A stretch of DNA of 64,000 nucleotides, from positions 372,001-436,000 of the forward strand of contig OZ037847.1 of NCBI GenBank assembly GCA_964035575.1, given 5' to 3'. The stretch's first letter is position 1. The number at the start of each line of letters is the position of its first letter. The notes below the pieces were generated by a model that was not told where the DNA came from, did no database searches, and worked only from the letters and a program-made list of their open reading frames with translations. Source of the DNA: Rhynchopus sp. YZ270_cl-10 (lineage: Eukaryota). A program made the position numbers and the translations under genes. Of the stretch, positions 11,436 to 22,291 are shown in pieces.

Positions 11436-12360
11436 CAGGGTCCTAGCTCAGTAGAACGGAAAAGGTGGCCCACCTTTTCCGTTGTTTTTTTTTTTTTTTT
11501 TTTGGGATTTTTTTTTGGGTTTTTTTTACACGGTGCAAAAAACCGGTTGGCCAAGGAGGTCCTCAGTGTCGTCAGCCAGTCCCCTTTGCTGTTAAAAACA
11601 GCGACTTGGCGTGGTCAATTTTTCCGCGCGAACAGGGATTACGCTCCACGTGTGGAACGTATGGAAATCCATACGTGAATTGTTTTTGAAAAGGTGGAAT
11701 CCATACGTGTCCATACGTAGGTAATTTGGGTTTTGGATTGGTGCTGGGGTGGGGTAGGTGAGGAGTGGGGCTCCGCCCCCACCTCTCACCTACCCCCTAC
11801 AGAATTCTATTTGTAGGAGACAATTTTCTATTTTACCGGAAAAGGAGCATGCAGCATGGCGAAAGAAAAAAGTAGCGTACCGTGCGCCTGCGGCGCTAGA
11901 TTGTAATACACCCTTCCCATGACATAATAGGCAATTTTAAGCGCAATTTTTAGAAATGTTGCGTACCGTGGCTTCGCCAGAAACTTTCGTTTTAGCAAAA
12001 TATGGAAGTAAAGTTTACGGAACTGGACCATAGTTACCAACGAAAGTGCCATTTTATGTCAAGATTTTTTAAAAATGTTGCGTACCGTGGCTTCGCCAGG
12101 AACATTTGGATGCCATGACTGATGATTTCTCCAGTTCTTCGAACTTTCACAACCCTTCTCAACCAACTTTGCCAGGGAGAGCGCGCGCGAAGCGCGCGCG
12201 GTTTTTAATTGTTTTTGCTTAGAATTGTACGTGTTGAAAATCCATACGTACTTTTTTTATTTTTGGGGGAGCTGCGTAATCCCTGCGCGCGAAGCGCAAA
12301 AAATTTTTTTTTGAGCCACCTTTTCCGTTTCTTTTTTTTTTCTTCTGAGCTAGAACCCTG
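11436..12360. mobile_element. Non-autonomous hAT-like DNA transposon (~925 bp)
   Basis: Left end CAGGGTCCTAGCTCAG and right end CTGAGCTAGAACCCTG. Flanked by direct repeat AATAAAG (GAATAAAG if the terminal G is counted). Subterminal repeats GCCACCTTTTCCGTT and TCCATACGT. No transposase ORF. Confidence 0.8.
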
Positions 12361-12556
12361 AATAAAGGTCCGTTTTTTTTTTTACCGCCCTTCTGGAACA
12401 ATACAATATTGTAACGGTATGCTCTGCTACATCCCCTTTGTAAAAAGGGGTCTATGTTAAAGTACCTTGGTGCATGACCGGCTGTACCGAGGTGGACACC
12501 CAACCATGCAGTCCTACATCCATTTCGTGGTTTCCATCTGCTGATGTAAATAAAAA

Positions 12557-13852
12557 TTACGAACACAACTTCTTTCCATCAATTTGCCGGAGTGATGGGA
12601 GTGCGTCCATCAAATCCTCCTCGAAGCCTACTATTTCACAGATGGGATTTCCTTTTAGATGAAGCGATTTGAGACGAGGAAATTTATCTGATGTGAGACC
12701 ACTCGTATTCATTATGAAATTACCAGAAACATACAGGGTAAGAAGGTTTGGCAGCCGCGGGAACGCCGCCCAACTCACAATTTGGTTTCGACTGATATAG
12801 AGCACCTCGAGCTTCGGCAAATACAAATCAGCTATGGTGGACAACTGACTGTCCGTCAGCGACAAGGTTTTGACACCTCTGTTTAGGTCTAAATATGCTT
12901 GAAGATGCTGCATTTGGTACGGATCTCCTAGATCTTGGTAACCAAGGTTCAACACTTTGACAGTCGAGATATCCGCATCTTTGATCGAAAGCGCCTTAAC
13001 CTTGAGCACTTCAACATTCGCCTTCCTCCATTTCCATTCATCCGGTGCAAGCCTTATCCTCGGAGCCCTAAGATCCTCTACAGGAAACCTGACCCCTTCC
13101 ACATCTACCCACCTTGCAGGTATCGCTCCACTAGGGTTACTATGATACGACGGAAACGGAAGACCACTCTTCAACGTGAGATACCCCTCAGAGGATTTAT
13201 CCTCAACACTTCGATACCGTTTGTACGTCAAATTGTAGGCACGTTCCTGCTCAGGGTCTTCTGGAGGTGTAATATGAATTCTTCGTGGAGAGTTTGGGGT
13301 TTCTACCCGATTAAACAACCCTTCCAAAAAATCGCTGGAAGTGGCGAGAAGTGCGTTAAGGTTATTTCCAAATGTTGTTGAAAACATTTGAGAGGCAGAA
13401 CGGAGTAGTTTGGTTCCTTCTGTCAGCCAATGTGTAGGTTCTTCTTCGATTGAATCACAAAAAGGGTTTTCATCTGGAGAAGGAGGATCAGAAGCGGGTG
13501 ACGGATCTGAAACATCGGTTTTAATCTCATCCTCTAACGCAGAGAGAAGCGTGGGTGGTGGTGGTGTGGTCTTCTTTTTGGATCGTTTCTTCTTTTTTGG
13601 TGTGCCATCAGGGGTCGTAGATGCAGCATCAGAAGCGGCTGGAGAAGGCGTCCGTCTCTTATGCTTCTTCGATGAGGACGCAGAACCAACAGAGGTGGTG
13701 GTGGTGTTGTTCACCTCCGCCTGCAGTGCACCCCGCACCCCACCGCCACGCTTTTTACTCTTCTTCACCTTTTTTTGTGGCAAAACCGATTCCTGGTTGA
13801 CCAAACCATCTGGGGAAGGTGGGGTAGGTGGTGGTGGTGGTGGTGAATCCAT
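12557..13852 (-). CDS. Leucine-rich repeat protein (SDS22/U2A'-type LRRs) with Pro/Lys-rich N-terminus
   Basis: C-terminal repeats LPKLEVLYISRNQI, LPNLLTLYVSGNFI, FPRLKSLHLKGNPIC and an LRR-cap-like LPSLRQIDG. ATG at 13852 (MDSPPP). Confidence 0.85.
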   Translation of the reverse strand: MDSPPPPPPTPPSPDGLVNQESVLPQKKVKKSKKRGGGVRGALQAEVNNTTTTSVGSASSSKKHKRRTPSPAASDAASTTPDGTPKKKKRSKKKTTPPPPTLLSALEDEIKTDVSDPSPASDPPSPDENPFCDSIEEEPTHWLTEGTKLLRSASQMFSTTFGNNLNALLATSSDFLEGLFNRVETPNSPRRIHITPPEDPEQERAYNLTYKRYRSVEDKSSEGYLTLKSGLPFPSYHSNPSGAIPARWVDVEGVRFPVEDLRAPRIRLAPDEWKWRKANVEVLKVKALSIKDADISTVKVLNLGYQDLGDPYQMQHLQAYLDLNRGVKTLSLTDSQLSTIADLYLPKLEVLYISRNQIVSWAAFPRLPNLLTLYVSGNFIMNTSGLTSDKFPRLKSLHLKGNPICEIVGFEEDLMDALPSLRQIDGKKLCS

Positions 13853-14920
13853 TCTGTTATGTGTTTTTTTTCGAAAAGAAAGAAATACAAAAAAAATATG
13901 CAATTCAAAGAAGAAGAGGGAGAAATTCACTTTATACTGAGGGCCGGGGGGGGGAGTAGGTGAGGGGGTATTTTGTAAGAACTTTGGGGAGTGAGAGAGA
14001 GAGAGTGTGTGTGTGTGCGGGAATTCTGTCCTGATGCAAAAGGCATCTTGCTGACGATTGTGCATTTTACTTTTTTTGCTTTTTACAGGGCTATATTTTC
14101 AGAAGAAAAATACAAAAAAGGTGGATGTGCATCCAGAGTTTGTCACCCCAACAAGACGCAAACATCTCAGCGGGGAGGTAGACAATCCACGACACTGATT
14201 CACCCTGGAGACGTTGTACTGTTACGAAGTAAAAAAAAGTATAAATATGCAACGAAATATTTCCTTCATCTCAAAAAATGGGCGTTTTTTTTGTAGTTTC
14301 AACAATCACCTGTCCAAGGACAGGGTTGTGTTCAAATTCGCCCAGGCAAGGCTAATGAAGTTCAAAGGTTTTCATCCAGACCCTTTTGCTAAATATGAAG
14401 ACCAACCCCAATAGGTTTTCTTTTCCATATGGGGTATATTTCCTCTCCCTCTCTTGTACCTCAGCATTGTGTATAAAATTACGTCAAAAAGTAAACCTGA
14501 GATAGGTCTTTGCGTACAATGCAATTGCACACCCATTGAAGGCTAGAATTGCGTACAGTACAAACGACATGCCTCGTCCAAAAAGACTCTTTGCCAACTA
14601 CACTGGAGACATTGAAACTCTGACCATTTCTCCCCATTGCCGCAATGTTACAAAAGGTGTTTTGGGCGCATTTTGAATGAAACAAATGATCCGGGGTTTT
14701 TGAAAAAAATAAATAAAAAAGTGAAGTTTTTAAATGACACCTTATCAAAATGAGCATTATCACGGACTACAGTTACAACCTGGTTCCGTAGGAAGGTGTG
14801 GGGAGGGGGGGGGGAGGGGGAAAGATTAAATTTATAAGTGCTTTCACAAAATAAAAAATGTGAGGCGATCCGAAGGCTGTTTACAAATTGGTATCAAAAA
14901 TTGGGGAACTAAAAAGGGGG

Positions 14921-14959
14921 GTTTATAAGATGAACCTAAGCCTCTCGTGCTTAGCCATC
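14921..14959. repeat. Best copy of dispersed hairpin motif family M1
   Basis: GTTTATAAGATGAACCTAAGCCTCTCGTGCTTAGCCATC. Related copies at ~2857, 5883, 11111, 18568, 22043, 30462, 35136, 35468 (split by a transposon), 38058, 39636 and in each array spacer. Confidence 0.8.
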
Positions 14960-14972
14960 TCACACAAAAAAG

Positions 14973-15045
14973 AGAAGTTGAAAGTGCAAACGCCTCACCG
15001 TTCAGCGGACTGCAGGCACTGGTTCTCCGCGGGTTATCGAACCCC
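14973..15045. repeat. Copy of dispersed motif family M2
   Basis: GAAGTTGAAAGTGCAAACGCCTC...GCAGGCAC...GGTTATCGAA. Related copies at ~1783, 6113, 18438, 20418, 38524, 45027, 51319, 57611, with short heads at ~82, 30891, 63683. Confidence 0.75.
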
Positions 15046-16330
15046 CCAGAGAGCACTTCGGGGAAAATACAGACACACTATTGGCAACTGCTCTGGTCTC
15101 ACTCTCCAATACATTGTGTCAACAAAGAAGGGGCGGGGAAGGGGAAGGGCTGTGTTCACCCTGGATCGCTTCAGGGTAGCGCCTCAGGGGCACCTCCTCC
15201 AATCAGTTCAAGGGCCGTGGGGGGGTGGAGACGTCGCTTCAGATAAAAAAGTAGAGTTGAAATAACAAATACAAAGCCCTCTCGTGAACAGCGTATTTAA
15301 AATAGGTGGGATACCTCTGGGGGTGGTGTTACGTTTCCCCAAACGTTACTTTTTTTTTCTCTGAAAACTTGGTTATTTTTTTTGTTGCCATTTGCTGGCG
15401 AAGGTTGAAAAAAAAAAAACAAAAATACACTACTCAGGTACCAAACCCCAGTTTATCATTGAAATAAGAGAAATCCAAAACATGGAAGGGGGGGGGAGAT
15501 GAATGTGCTCTGTGCTCTGCACAAACATCTAAAAAAAGGGAAGGAGGGGATGCTGCAATACAGTATATTTTTGTGTGAAAATAGTGAAAATTTGCACACC
15601 CTCCGAAGACAAGGGCCTTTTTTTTTCTCGTGTGGAATAGACACAATACAAAAAAAAACCATAAAAATGAACAAAAAGAAAGCTTTTAGACTTAAATAAT
15701 CAATGCATTACATTACAAACAGTTTTCAAACTACTCGACAAATGACGAGCAAACGGCAAAACCTACATGTGGCTATTTGAAGAGGAAAAAAAGAGGCAGT
15801 TACAACTGCCTCCTCCTTCCTCACCTTCAATTGATTTTTTCCCGTTGTGGGGAGAGGGGGGGGATGAAGTGAGTAAAACACAACAACAGTGGAAGATGGT
15901 TTTCAGTGATTCATTTCGCATCGACAATCACCCGACTCTGTAAACCATGCACCACAATGGGGGGGGGGGGGGGGAGAACAAAATTAGAAAAGGCGAGAAC
16001 CTTTTTTTGACACTATTTTTATTTTTTTTACTTTTTTCGTTTCGTTGATTTCCCTCCCCCTTCCCCTTCCCATCCCCATCCCCCAAAAACCACCAACCAT
16101 CCATCAAAATCCATCAACCACCTTCAGCCTTTGAATATGAATACGACAACCTTTTTTTTTGACCATATTAGTTAGTCCTCCTCCTCTCTTCTCTTCTCCT
16201 CTCCTGCTTGCTAAATTGAAAAAATGGTGATTTTTAATCCAACCATTTTCACCCTTTTAATTGGAGTTAGCACAAAAAATACAAGAAGTTGAACACTCGA
16301 AAAACTTTGATGTTCCCGGGGGGTTATTAA

Positions 16331-17833
16331 TTATGAAGGTGGATGGCCGAAATAGTAGAGTCCAAGGCACCATGAGGCAAAGGAGACGCAGACAACGTCG
16401 TTTGCTCTGAGGAGGGGGAGGAAGAAGGAGGCGATGTCGGACTCATCCCAGGCCACTCCTGTGGCTTCGGAGTCGAGGGGGTCTTTGCACTTCATGAAGG
16501 CGGCAACCCCGCTCACGACGAGATCGTTCATGGCCGCATCGCAGTCAGCCCAGCTCCTCATTGTCAACAAAATCATTATCACCGAAAACTTCGACGTTTC
16601 AAACTCCGGAGAAAACAGCAACGACGACACCACCTCACCGACCCCCATCCGGCTCAACACCCTCCTCGTCATTGGATGGGCTAATAGGTTAAACACATTG
16701 CCCAATACGTTCTGTACTATTAGCCCCTTTTCAACAAACCCCACCTCACCGTTTAACACAATCCGCAATCTTTCCGTTGAAAAGTGAAGAAGTTGGGCCA
16801 CCGTTTCATCCTTTACCAGCACCGCCGAAGGACCAAGCAAATTGAACAAAGCTTGGAACACCTCTACTCGCAGCTCCTCTGAAGTCCCCGGGTCGCCACT
16901 AAGGAAGACCAGACTGTCCACATTGCAGTCCGAGGTTTTCACAAAATTGCACCCAACCTTACGTTTACAACGCGCAATCTCAAAAATCGCCCGGCAGTAC
17001 CCAACCTTCACAACATCACTCTCCACCTCCACCCCTTCCCCTCCACTGAGAACCGGAGGGGTCAACAGGTTGTAGTAAGGGTTCAATGGTAGTGCGAGCT
17101 CGAGGGCGAGGGTTAAATTGATTTTGATGAGAACTTCGGATTTCATTGCGTGCTCGGGGGGGAAGTCGGATGTCATGAACGAGAACGGCTGGGAAACATC
17201 TATGTCGATATGCTGTTCGGGAATTACATCCATTGTGTTGAGCGAATCGCGGACGGACATCACACAGTACGCACCAAAGTAATGTTCGGCAGAGGTTGCG
17301 GTCCATTCGTTTGTCGTCCATAAACGGAGTGCAGCAGGTTGCGCAACGCCTTCCTGCGCACGGTTCGCAACCCGCCCCGTAGAATGCGGGATGGTCTCGC
17401 CCACATCAAATTCCATCTGCCATCGGATCTGTTCTCCCAACGCATCGTCTGCAAATCCAAATTCTCGTGACCTCACAGTAATAGGATTCCCTTCCCCCCC
17501 CAAGGCTACCCGCCAATATAAAGTGCAAGCCCCGTACGCCTCTTTGTTGTGTACGCGGACCCGGATTTCTCGTTCATATGTCGCAAGGTATGCTTTCCAC
17601 GAAGAAGGTTCGACGCGAGGCGCGCTCCATCCATGCGCAGTTACGTTGTGGAGGAAGACGCGTCTCCAGACGTTGCCTCGTGTGATCAACTCATGCAGGG
17701 CAACGCACACCTCCTCGACAACCCGTAGAGTAGCGGGAGGCAAATACGCAAAGCATAGCAAAGCAACGTTTGTGTCCAGCCCCTTAAAAGGCAGGCGCGC
17801 GATAGGCAAAGACGTCACACGATCCGCTTCCAT
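16331..17833 (-). CDS. F-box protein with helical (ARM-like) C-terminal region
   Basis: F-box pattern LDTNVALLCFAYLPPATLRVVEEVCVALHELITRGNVWRRVF followed by WKAYL. ATG at 17833. Confidence 0.75.
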   Translation of the reverse strand: MEADRVTSLPIARLPFKGLDTNVALLCFAYLPPATLRVVEEVCVALHELITRGNVWRRVFLHNVTAHGWSAPRVEPSSWKAYLATYEREIRVRVHNKEAYGACTLYWRVALGGEGNPITVRSREFGFADDALGEQIRWQMEFDVGETIPHSTGRVANRAQEGVAQPAALRLWTTNEWTATSAEHYFGAYCVMSVRDSLNTMDVIPEQHIDIDVSQPFSFMTSDFPPEHAMKSEVLIKINLTLALELALPLNPYYNLLTPPVLSGGEGVEVESDVVKVGYCRAIFEIARCKRKVGCNFVKTSDCNVDSLVFLSGDPGTSEELRVEVFQALFNLLGPSAVLVKDETVAQLLHFSTERLRIVLNGEVGFVEKGLIVQNVLGNVFNLLAHPMTRRVLSRMGVGEVVSSLLFSPEFETSKFSVIMILLTMRSWADCDAAMNDLVVSGVAAFMKCKDPLDSEATGVAWDESDIASFFLPLLRANDVVCVSFASWCLGLYYFGHPPS

Positions 17834-18905
17834 GAAAATGAAAACAACAAAAAGGGGAAGACAGAGAGGGGAGCTAGGTGCGTGTCTTCCTGCGGAGAAG
17901 TGGAAAGGTAATGGATAAAAAAGGGAAATGCGTAAAGAACACTCAGATGAATAACCTCTCGTTGCCCACAACAGCTTTACTGCTATTGGTATGTTGGAAC
18001 ACTCACGGGTTTTGAAATAGCTGTGTAGTCATCGTGATAACCTCTGATGCGATGTCATCACCCCATTTTGCTAACTACTCTGGTATCAGGGAGCGTATGG
18101 ACAGAAGATGCAAATATTTGATCCTGCGGTGAAAGAGAGGTAAGTGTATAACGTTCGTTGCAACACCACTGTCAATGCGGTTTTGTCGGTAGTCGTGATC
18201 AATACGACCACAATAAACGAACGACGCAGTCTCACTGTATTGCATTGATCTAACTATTCCATCGTAATACATAGGTCAAAGAAGGGCAGTGGTTAAGATG
18301 TACGTCACGATGTTGAGAAAAAAAGAGAAAAAATGGGAGGGTGATTATGGGTTATGGTAGAGGAGATAGTCTTGAGAGGGAAACAAACGTTGTCATGTCA
18401 CAGCGAAGGTCACAGGCTGAACAGAAAAAAAAAAAAGAGAAGTTGAAAGTGCAAACACCTCACCGTTCATCGGCGGACGCAGGCATTGGCTAAAAATGCT
18501 TGAAAGATGAACGTCCCCCGCAATGCACGTTGAAAGAAAAATTTGAGGTTAAAAGAAAGAAAGAAACGTTTATAAGATTGAACCAAAGCCTCTCGTAGGC
18601 ACCTTTTAAAAGGGCTCCACTTTGTCCAGTACACGGCAATTTCATTAAAAAGCCCTCTGACGCCGGCTGTACAACTGTACGCCGCAAACGAGCTATTTTG
18701 GCACCCCCCACCCTTCGTGAGTACTCTGAACATGCCAACATTAAGTGCACCAACAACTTGAAAGATAGAGCTCTCATAACAGAGAAGCAATGCAAAAACA
18801 ACACTCTCTGAAAACACATTTCTGGCCAGATCTGACCAGAGGAGAGCAACTGTGTTGAACGTGCAAACATATTACTAAACGGCAGAACCTTTTTTTTTGG
18901 GGGCC

Positions 18906-19979
18906 TCAAAGCTTCGCCACAACCATGGTATCGACCTTGCTCTGCAGAAGCTTTGCCGCACCGTGTGTCATCCCGTCCACAATTTCCTTCGCGGACAGCA
19001 CCTTGTCGATACTGCCGACGACCTGCCCTGCAAGGAGCATGCGTGTCTTGGCTATGCTGAAGGGTGTGCCCTCCTTCATTGCCCGATCCCTTTGGTCAGC
19101 GTAGGGAATCACACCACGTGTGGTCAGCGCTTTGATGGTGTCCTGTTTGTTGTCCTCCCAATCTTTGACGAAAGGGGTTTTGACCGTTCTGAGCGGGCGT
19201 CCAGAGTAGATGAGGGTTCTGACTGTGTCCGTGGGGCCGGATTTGAGAACCGCGTCAACGTGTTGCTTGCTTGCAGTGGATTCTTTGCAGGCAATGAATC
19301 GGGTGCCGACCCAGACAGCGTGGGCACCCATCGCCAGCATCGCTGCCATGCTTCTGTCATCGTAGATCCCCCCAGCGGCCACTACCTGCACCTCCTTTCC
19401 AGTCAGCTCACTGCGCGACCCCTTTACCGCGTCGAGACACATCGGAATCAAAGCGAGCGTTCCAATCTCTCCGGTGTGCCCTCCAGCCTCATAACCTTGA
19501 CAGCACACAATGTCCATTCCGATGTCAATCGCCTTTTTGACGTGCTTTGGATGTCCAACCATGTTCATGCAGAGGATGCCTGCTTTGTGAAGCTTCTCGA
19601 CCACCCAGCGTGGAGGAACTCCGACAGCGCTGATGAAGAGGCGGGCCTTCGATTCAATGATGACGTCGATCAGTTCGGGGAGTTGCCCCTCTGTGTAGTC
19701 GTAGTTGGTTTTGCGTGCACTGCCGCCCAGTTGGGGGAGCAGCAGGTCAACGCCGAAGCAGGTTTTGTCATCAAGAAGGCTCTTCAATAGAACAAGCTCC
19801 TTCCGCAGCTGGTCCGGTGTCATCCGCAGCCCGCCAATGCTGCCAAGACCTCCTGCATTGGAGACTGCTGCCGCAAGAGTCGCGGTCGACACATTGTTCA
19901 TCCCAGCCAACAAAACTGGGTGCGTAATACGAAGCATCTTTGTCACATCTGTGCTCAAAACCTGCTTTGAAATGGACAT
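18906..19979 (-). CDS. Nitronate monooxygenase / 2-nitropropane dioxygenase (FabK-like FMN TIM barrel) family protein with PTS1
   Basis: Motifs ITHPVLLAGM, LAAAVSNAGGLGSIG, QGYEAGGHTG, VVAAGGIYD, GAHAVWVGTRF, AGQVVGSI. C-terminal AKL. Confidence 0.92.
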   Translation of the reverse strand: MSISKQVLSTDVTKMLRITHPVLLAGMNNVSTATLAAAVSNAGGLGSIGGLRMTPDQLRKELVLLKSLLDDKTCFGVDLLLPQLGGSARKTNYDYTEGQLPELIDVIIESKARLFISAVGVPPRWVVEKLHKAGILCMNMVGHPKHVKKAIDIGMDIVCCQGYEAGGHTGEIGTLALIPMCLDAVKGSRSELTGKEVQVVAAGGIYDDRSMAAMLAMGAHAVWVGTRFIACKESTASKQHVDAVLKSGPTDTVRTLIYSGRPLRTVKTPFVKDWEDNKQDTIKALTTRGVIPYADQRDRAMKEGTPFSIAKTRMLLAGQVVGSIDKVLSAKEIVDGMTHGAAKLLQSKVDTMVVAKL

Positions 19980-20571
19980 CTTTTTTGTAGTGCTCACTGT
20001 GGTTGTAGTTGTAAAGGGTGTTGGGTAGAAAGGCTAAGGGAGTGGAAAAAGGGTATGGGTTTTTCGCTGTTGGGATAGTGAAGTATTTTTTTTTGTTTTT
20101 TTGCTCGGCTCAGCAAAAAGAAAAAATGCAGCAAAGTTCGAAAGTTGAATAAACAGCGAAGAAATGAAATAAAAAATGTGAATGCAATTCAACATCAAGA
20201 ACAAAGATGAAGAAGAACAGTAGTAGGAACAAGAGAGAAAGTGAGATTTTTTTTGAGTGCAGCAAAGACATCAAAGGGAAATAAAGGTGGACTTCTCTCT
20301 TAGCTTTTTTTGGGAAAAAAGGGATGGCACCCAGCTAGATCAGGTGCGAGGAAGGGGGAAACATTCTGAGAAATATAAACTTACGTCATTACGTTATCAC
20401 CCTTTTTAAGAAAAAAGTGAAGTTTGATACAACAAACGCCTCTGGGACACAACACTGACCCTTCATTGGTTATCGAAGCACACACAAATGCACACAAAAA
20501 AAAAAAATAACCAAAAATTCATCGGATCTACAAAGTGACCTTTTTTTTGGGATTACCCCCATCCTCTCTTC

Positions 20572-21552
20572 TCAGGATGTCACCCGAAACGACGACTTCA
20601 CCGCCGCAAGACAAAATGACCCAATCAACCCCCACTCCTGTCTGAGCCCTTCGCTGGCGTATTGGTAGGCTTGGGGGTTTTTTTTGATGGCAGCGTGGAT
20701 GAAGTCGCGATCCGCCAACAAAATTTGAGGACAGAGCGAAAGAAGACGCGCTGTGTCCGGGGTGACGCAGGCGAGCGCGATATCACGATCTCCACGGAGC
20801 TCTTCTATTACAGAAGCATAGCCCCAATGAGACTCTTCTACTAGGCTGAGAACGAAGTTCCGGTCCTGCTTCACATTATCCCCAGCAAGCTGCAAAGCAA
20901 CGTGCGACAGCCGATATGCATCCCGGACAAACTCCTTATCACACCTCAACCTCTCGCTAGCGTGACCTACAGCTGCCTGACACCTTCTCATCGCTGAGGT
21001 AACCACCTCTGCACAATCCTTCATTTCATCTGAAGCAAATTCCAACGCTTTTCCATCACATTTCACCGCATGCAGCACCATCTCTCTGTCTCCCTGAAAC
21101 GCAGGAAGATACTCCAAAGCTGCAGGAAACTTCGTTAACAGCAATTTCACAATTTGTTTATCGCTACGCAACTCTTCGGTTGCGTATTGCAGTTCAGGGA
21201 GACTGTGACGTACGGCGGAGTTGACGCACAGTGGGTCACCTTGTATCCATGAAGGCATGCCCTTTAGAGTGGCGCCAGCATCGAGCTGCGCGAGGTAGGT
21301 GCTGTGGAAGGTCGGGAGGACGTCGATCCTGCACCCCGCCTCGATGCTGCAGTTGCGGAGCTCCTCTGTGTCCATCGTTGCGGGCAGCGTGCTCCCCTGG
21401 AGGGTCAGCTCCACATTCTCCCCCGCCACCACCTCCATCTCCCCCGCAAACACCCGAATCGCCTCCTCCCGTACCGACCCCACAGTAGCATCAACCGATA
21501 TAACAATGCATCTCTCCTCTAGGTTGTGTTTGTTCACAAGGGTTACTTCCAT
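20572..21552 (-). CDS. Ubiquitin-like N-terminal domain plus DUF4116-type helical repeats
   Basis: N-terminal beta-grasp pattern (ISVDATVGSVRE...LTLQGSTL...LRNCSIEAGCRIDV). Repeats LQYATEELRSDKQIV, ALEFASDEMKDCAEVV, ASERLRCDKEFV, YQYASEGLR. Confidence 0.8.
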   Translation of the reverse strand: MEVTLVNKHNLEERCIVISVDATVGSVREEAIRVFAGEMEVVAGENVELTLQGSTLPATMDTEELRNCSIEAGCRIDVLPTFHSTYLAQLDAGATLKGMPSWIQGDPLCVNSAVRHSLPELQYATEELRSDKQIVKLLLTKFPAALEYLPAFQGDREMVLHAVKCDGKALEFASDEMKDCAEVVTSAMRRCQAAVGHASERLRCDKEFVRDAYRLSHVALQLAGDNVKQDRNFVLSLVEESHWGYASVIEELRGDRDIALACVTPDTARLLSLCPQILLADRDFIHAAIKKNPQAYQYASEGLRQEWGLIGSFCLAAVKSSFRVTS

Positions 21553-22291
21553 TTTGTTTTTATTTTTTGAAAATTTGGACGTAGAAGGAGAAGAAGAAGG
21601 ATTAGAGTGTAAACCACCCAAGGATAAACTCCACTATTTATTCCTGAGGGGAAATGGTGGAATTTTAGAGTAGGGGAAAAGGTGTTAGAGGGGGAAAAAG
21701 TGAAGGGTAGAAGAAGAGGGGGTTTTGCCGTTTTCAAAAAGAGAGAAAAAAAGAACGGAAAAAACGAGAGTACACGAACACATGAGTAAGTTGGGTTTTT
21801 TTGTGGGGGGGAAAACGATGTTCTGAAGAAAAAAACTGTTTCTTCTTCAGAAAAAAATAATAGTAAATTGATGAAACTGCCGTTTTATCATCTTAAAAAG
21901 CCGTTTGAAAAAAAAAGCTGCGTCCTTGAGAAGCGAAGACTACTTTGGAGTGAGTACAAAACTTCGAAGGAGGGCCGGTCTTTTTTTTGCGATTCGGTAA
22001 TAAATGTCATAAGAACAAGATAAAAAAAGAAAAAAGAAAACGATAAGATGAGCAGAAGCCTCTCCAACGCTTCGCCACCTTCAGAGCAACGTAGTTGAAA
22101 ATACCCCTTGAAATGCAAAACAAAGAAAAGCCATGGGTGCCATTTAACACCCCCTAATAACCTTTTCTTTTTCCGCAGGGTCAGCAACTATAAAGTAAGC
22201 GGAGTCTTTTTGACAGACTACACTCAAAACAAAAACAAAAATAATCGAAAGAAAAAAACAGACAATTTCACAAAAAGAAAAAAAACCAAAA

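Noticed and set aside
14323..14409. Possible ~90-bp degenerate inverted-repeat element
   Set aside because: Arms are short and mismatched, with no clear TSD or second copy.
14798..14820. G-rich tracts as G-quadruplex signals (also ~15958 and ~35105)
   Set aside because: They are the complement of C/T-rich tracts common to all spacers here, with no specific support.
15025..15047. tRNA T-arm/B-box-like GGGTTATCGAACCC in M2
   Set aside because: No cloverleaf or A box is visible, and other M2 copies do not keep the stem.
18075..18272. 65-aa ATG ORF upstream of the F-box gene, and a short hydrophobic frame near 14350-14570
   Set aside because: No recognisable motifs, and too short to support without expression or homology data.
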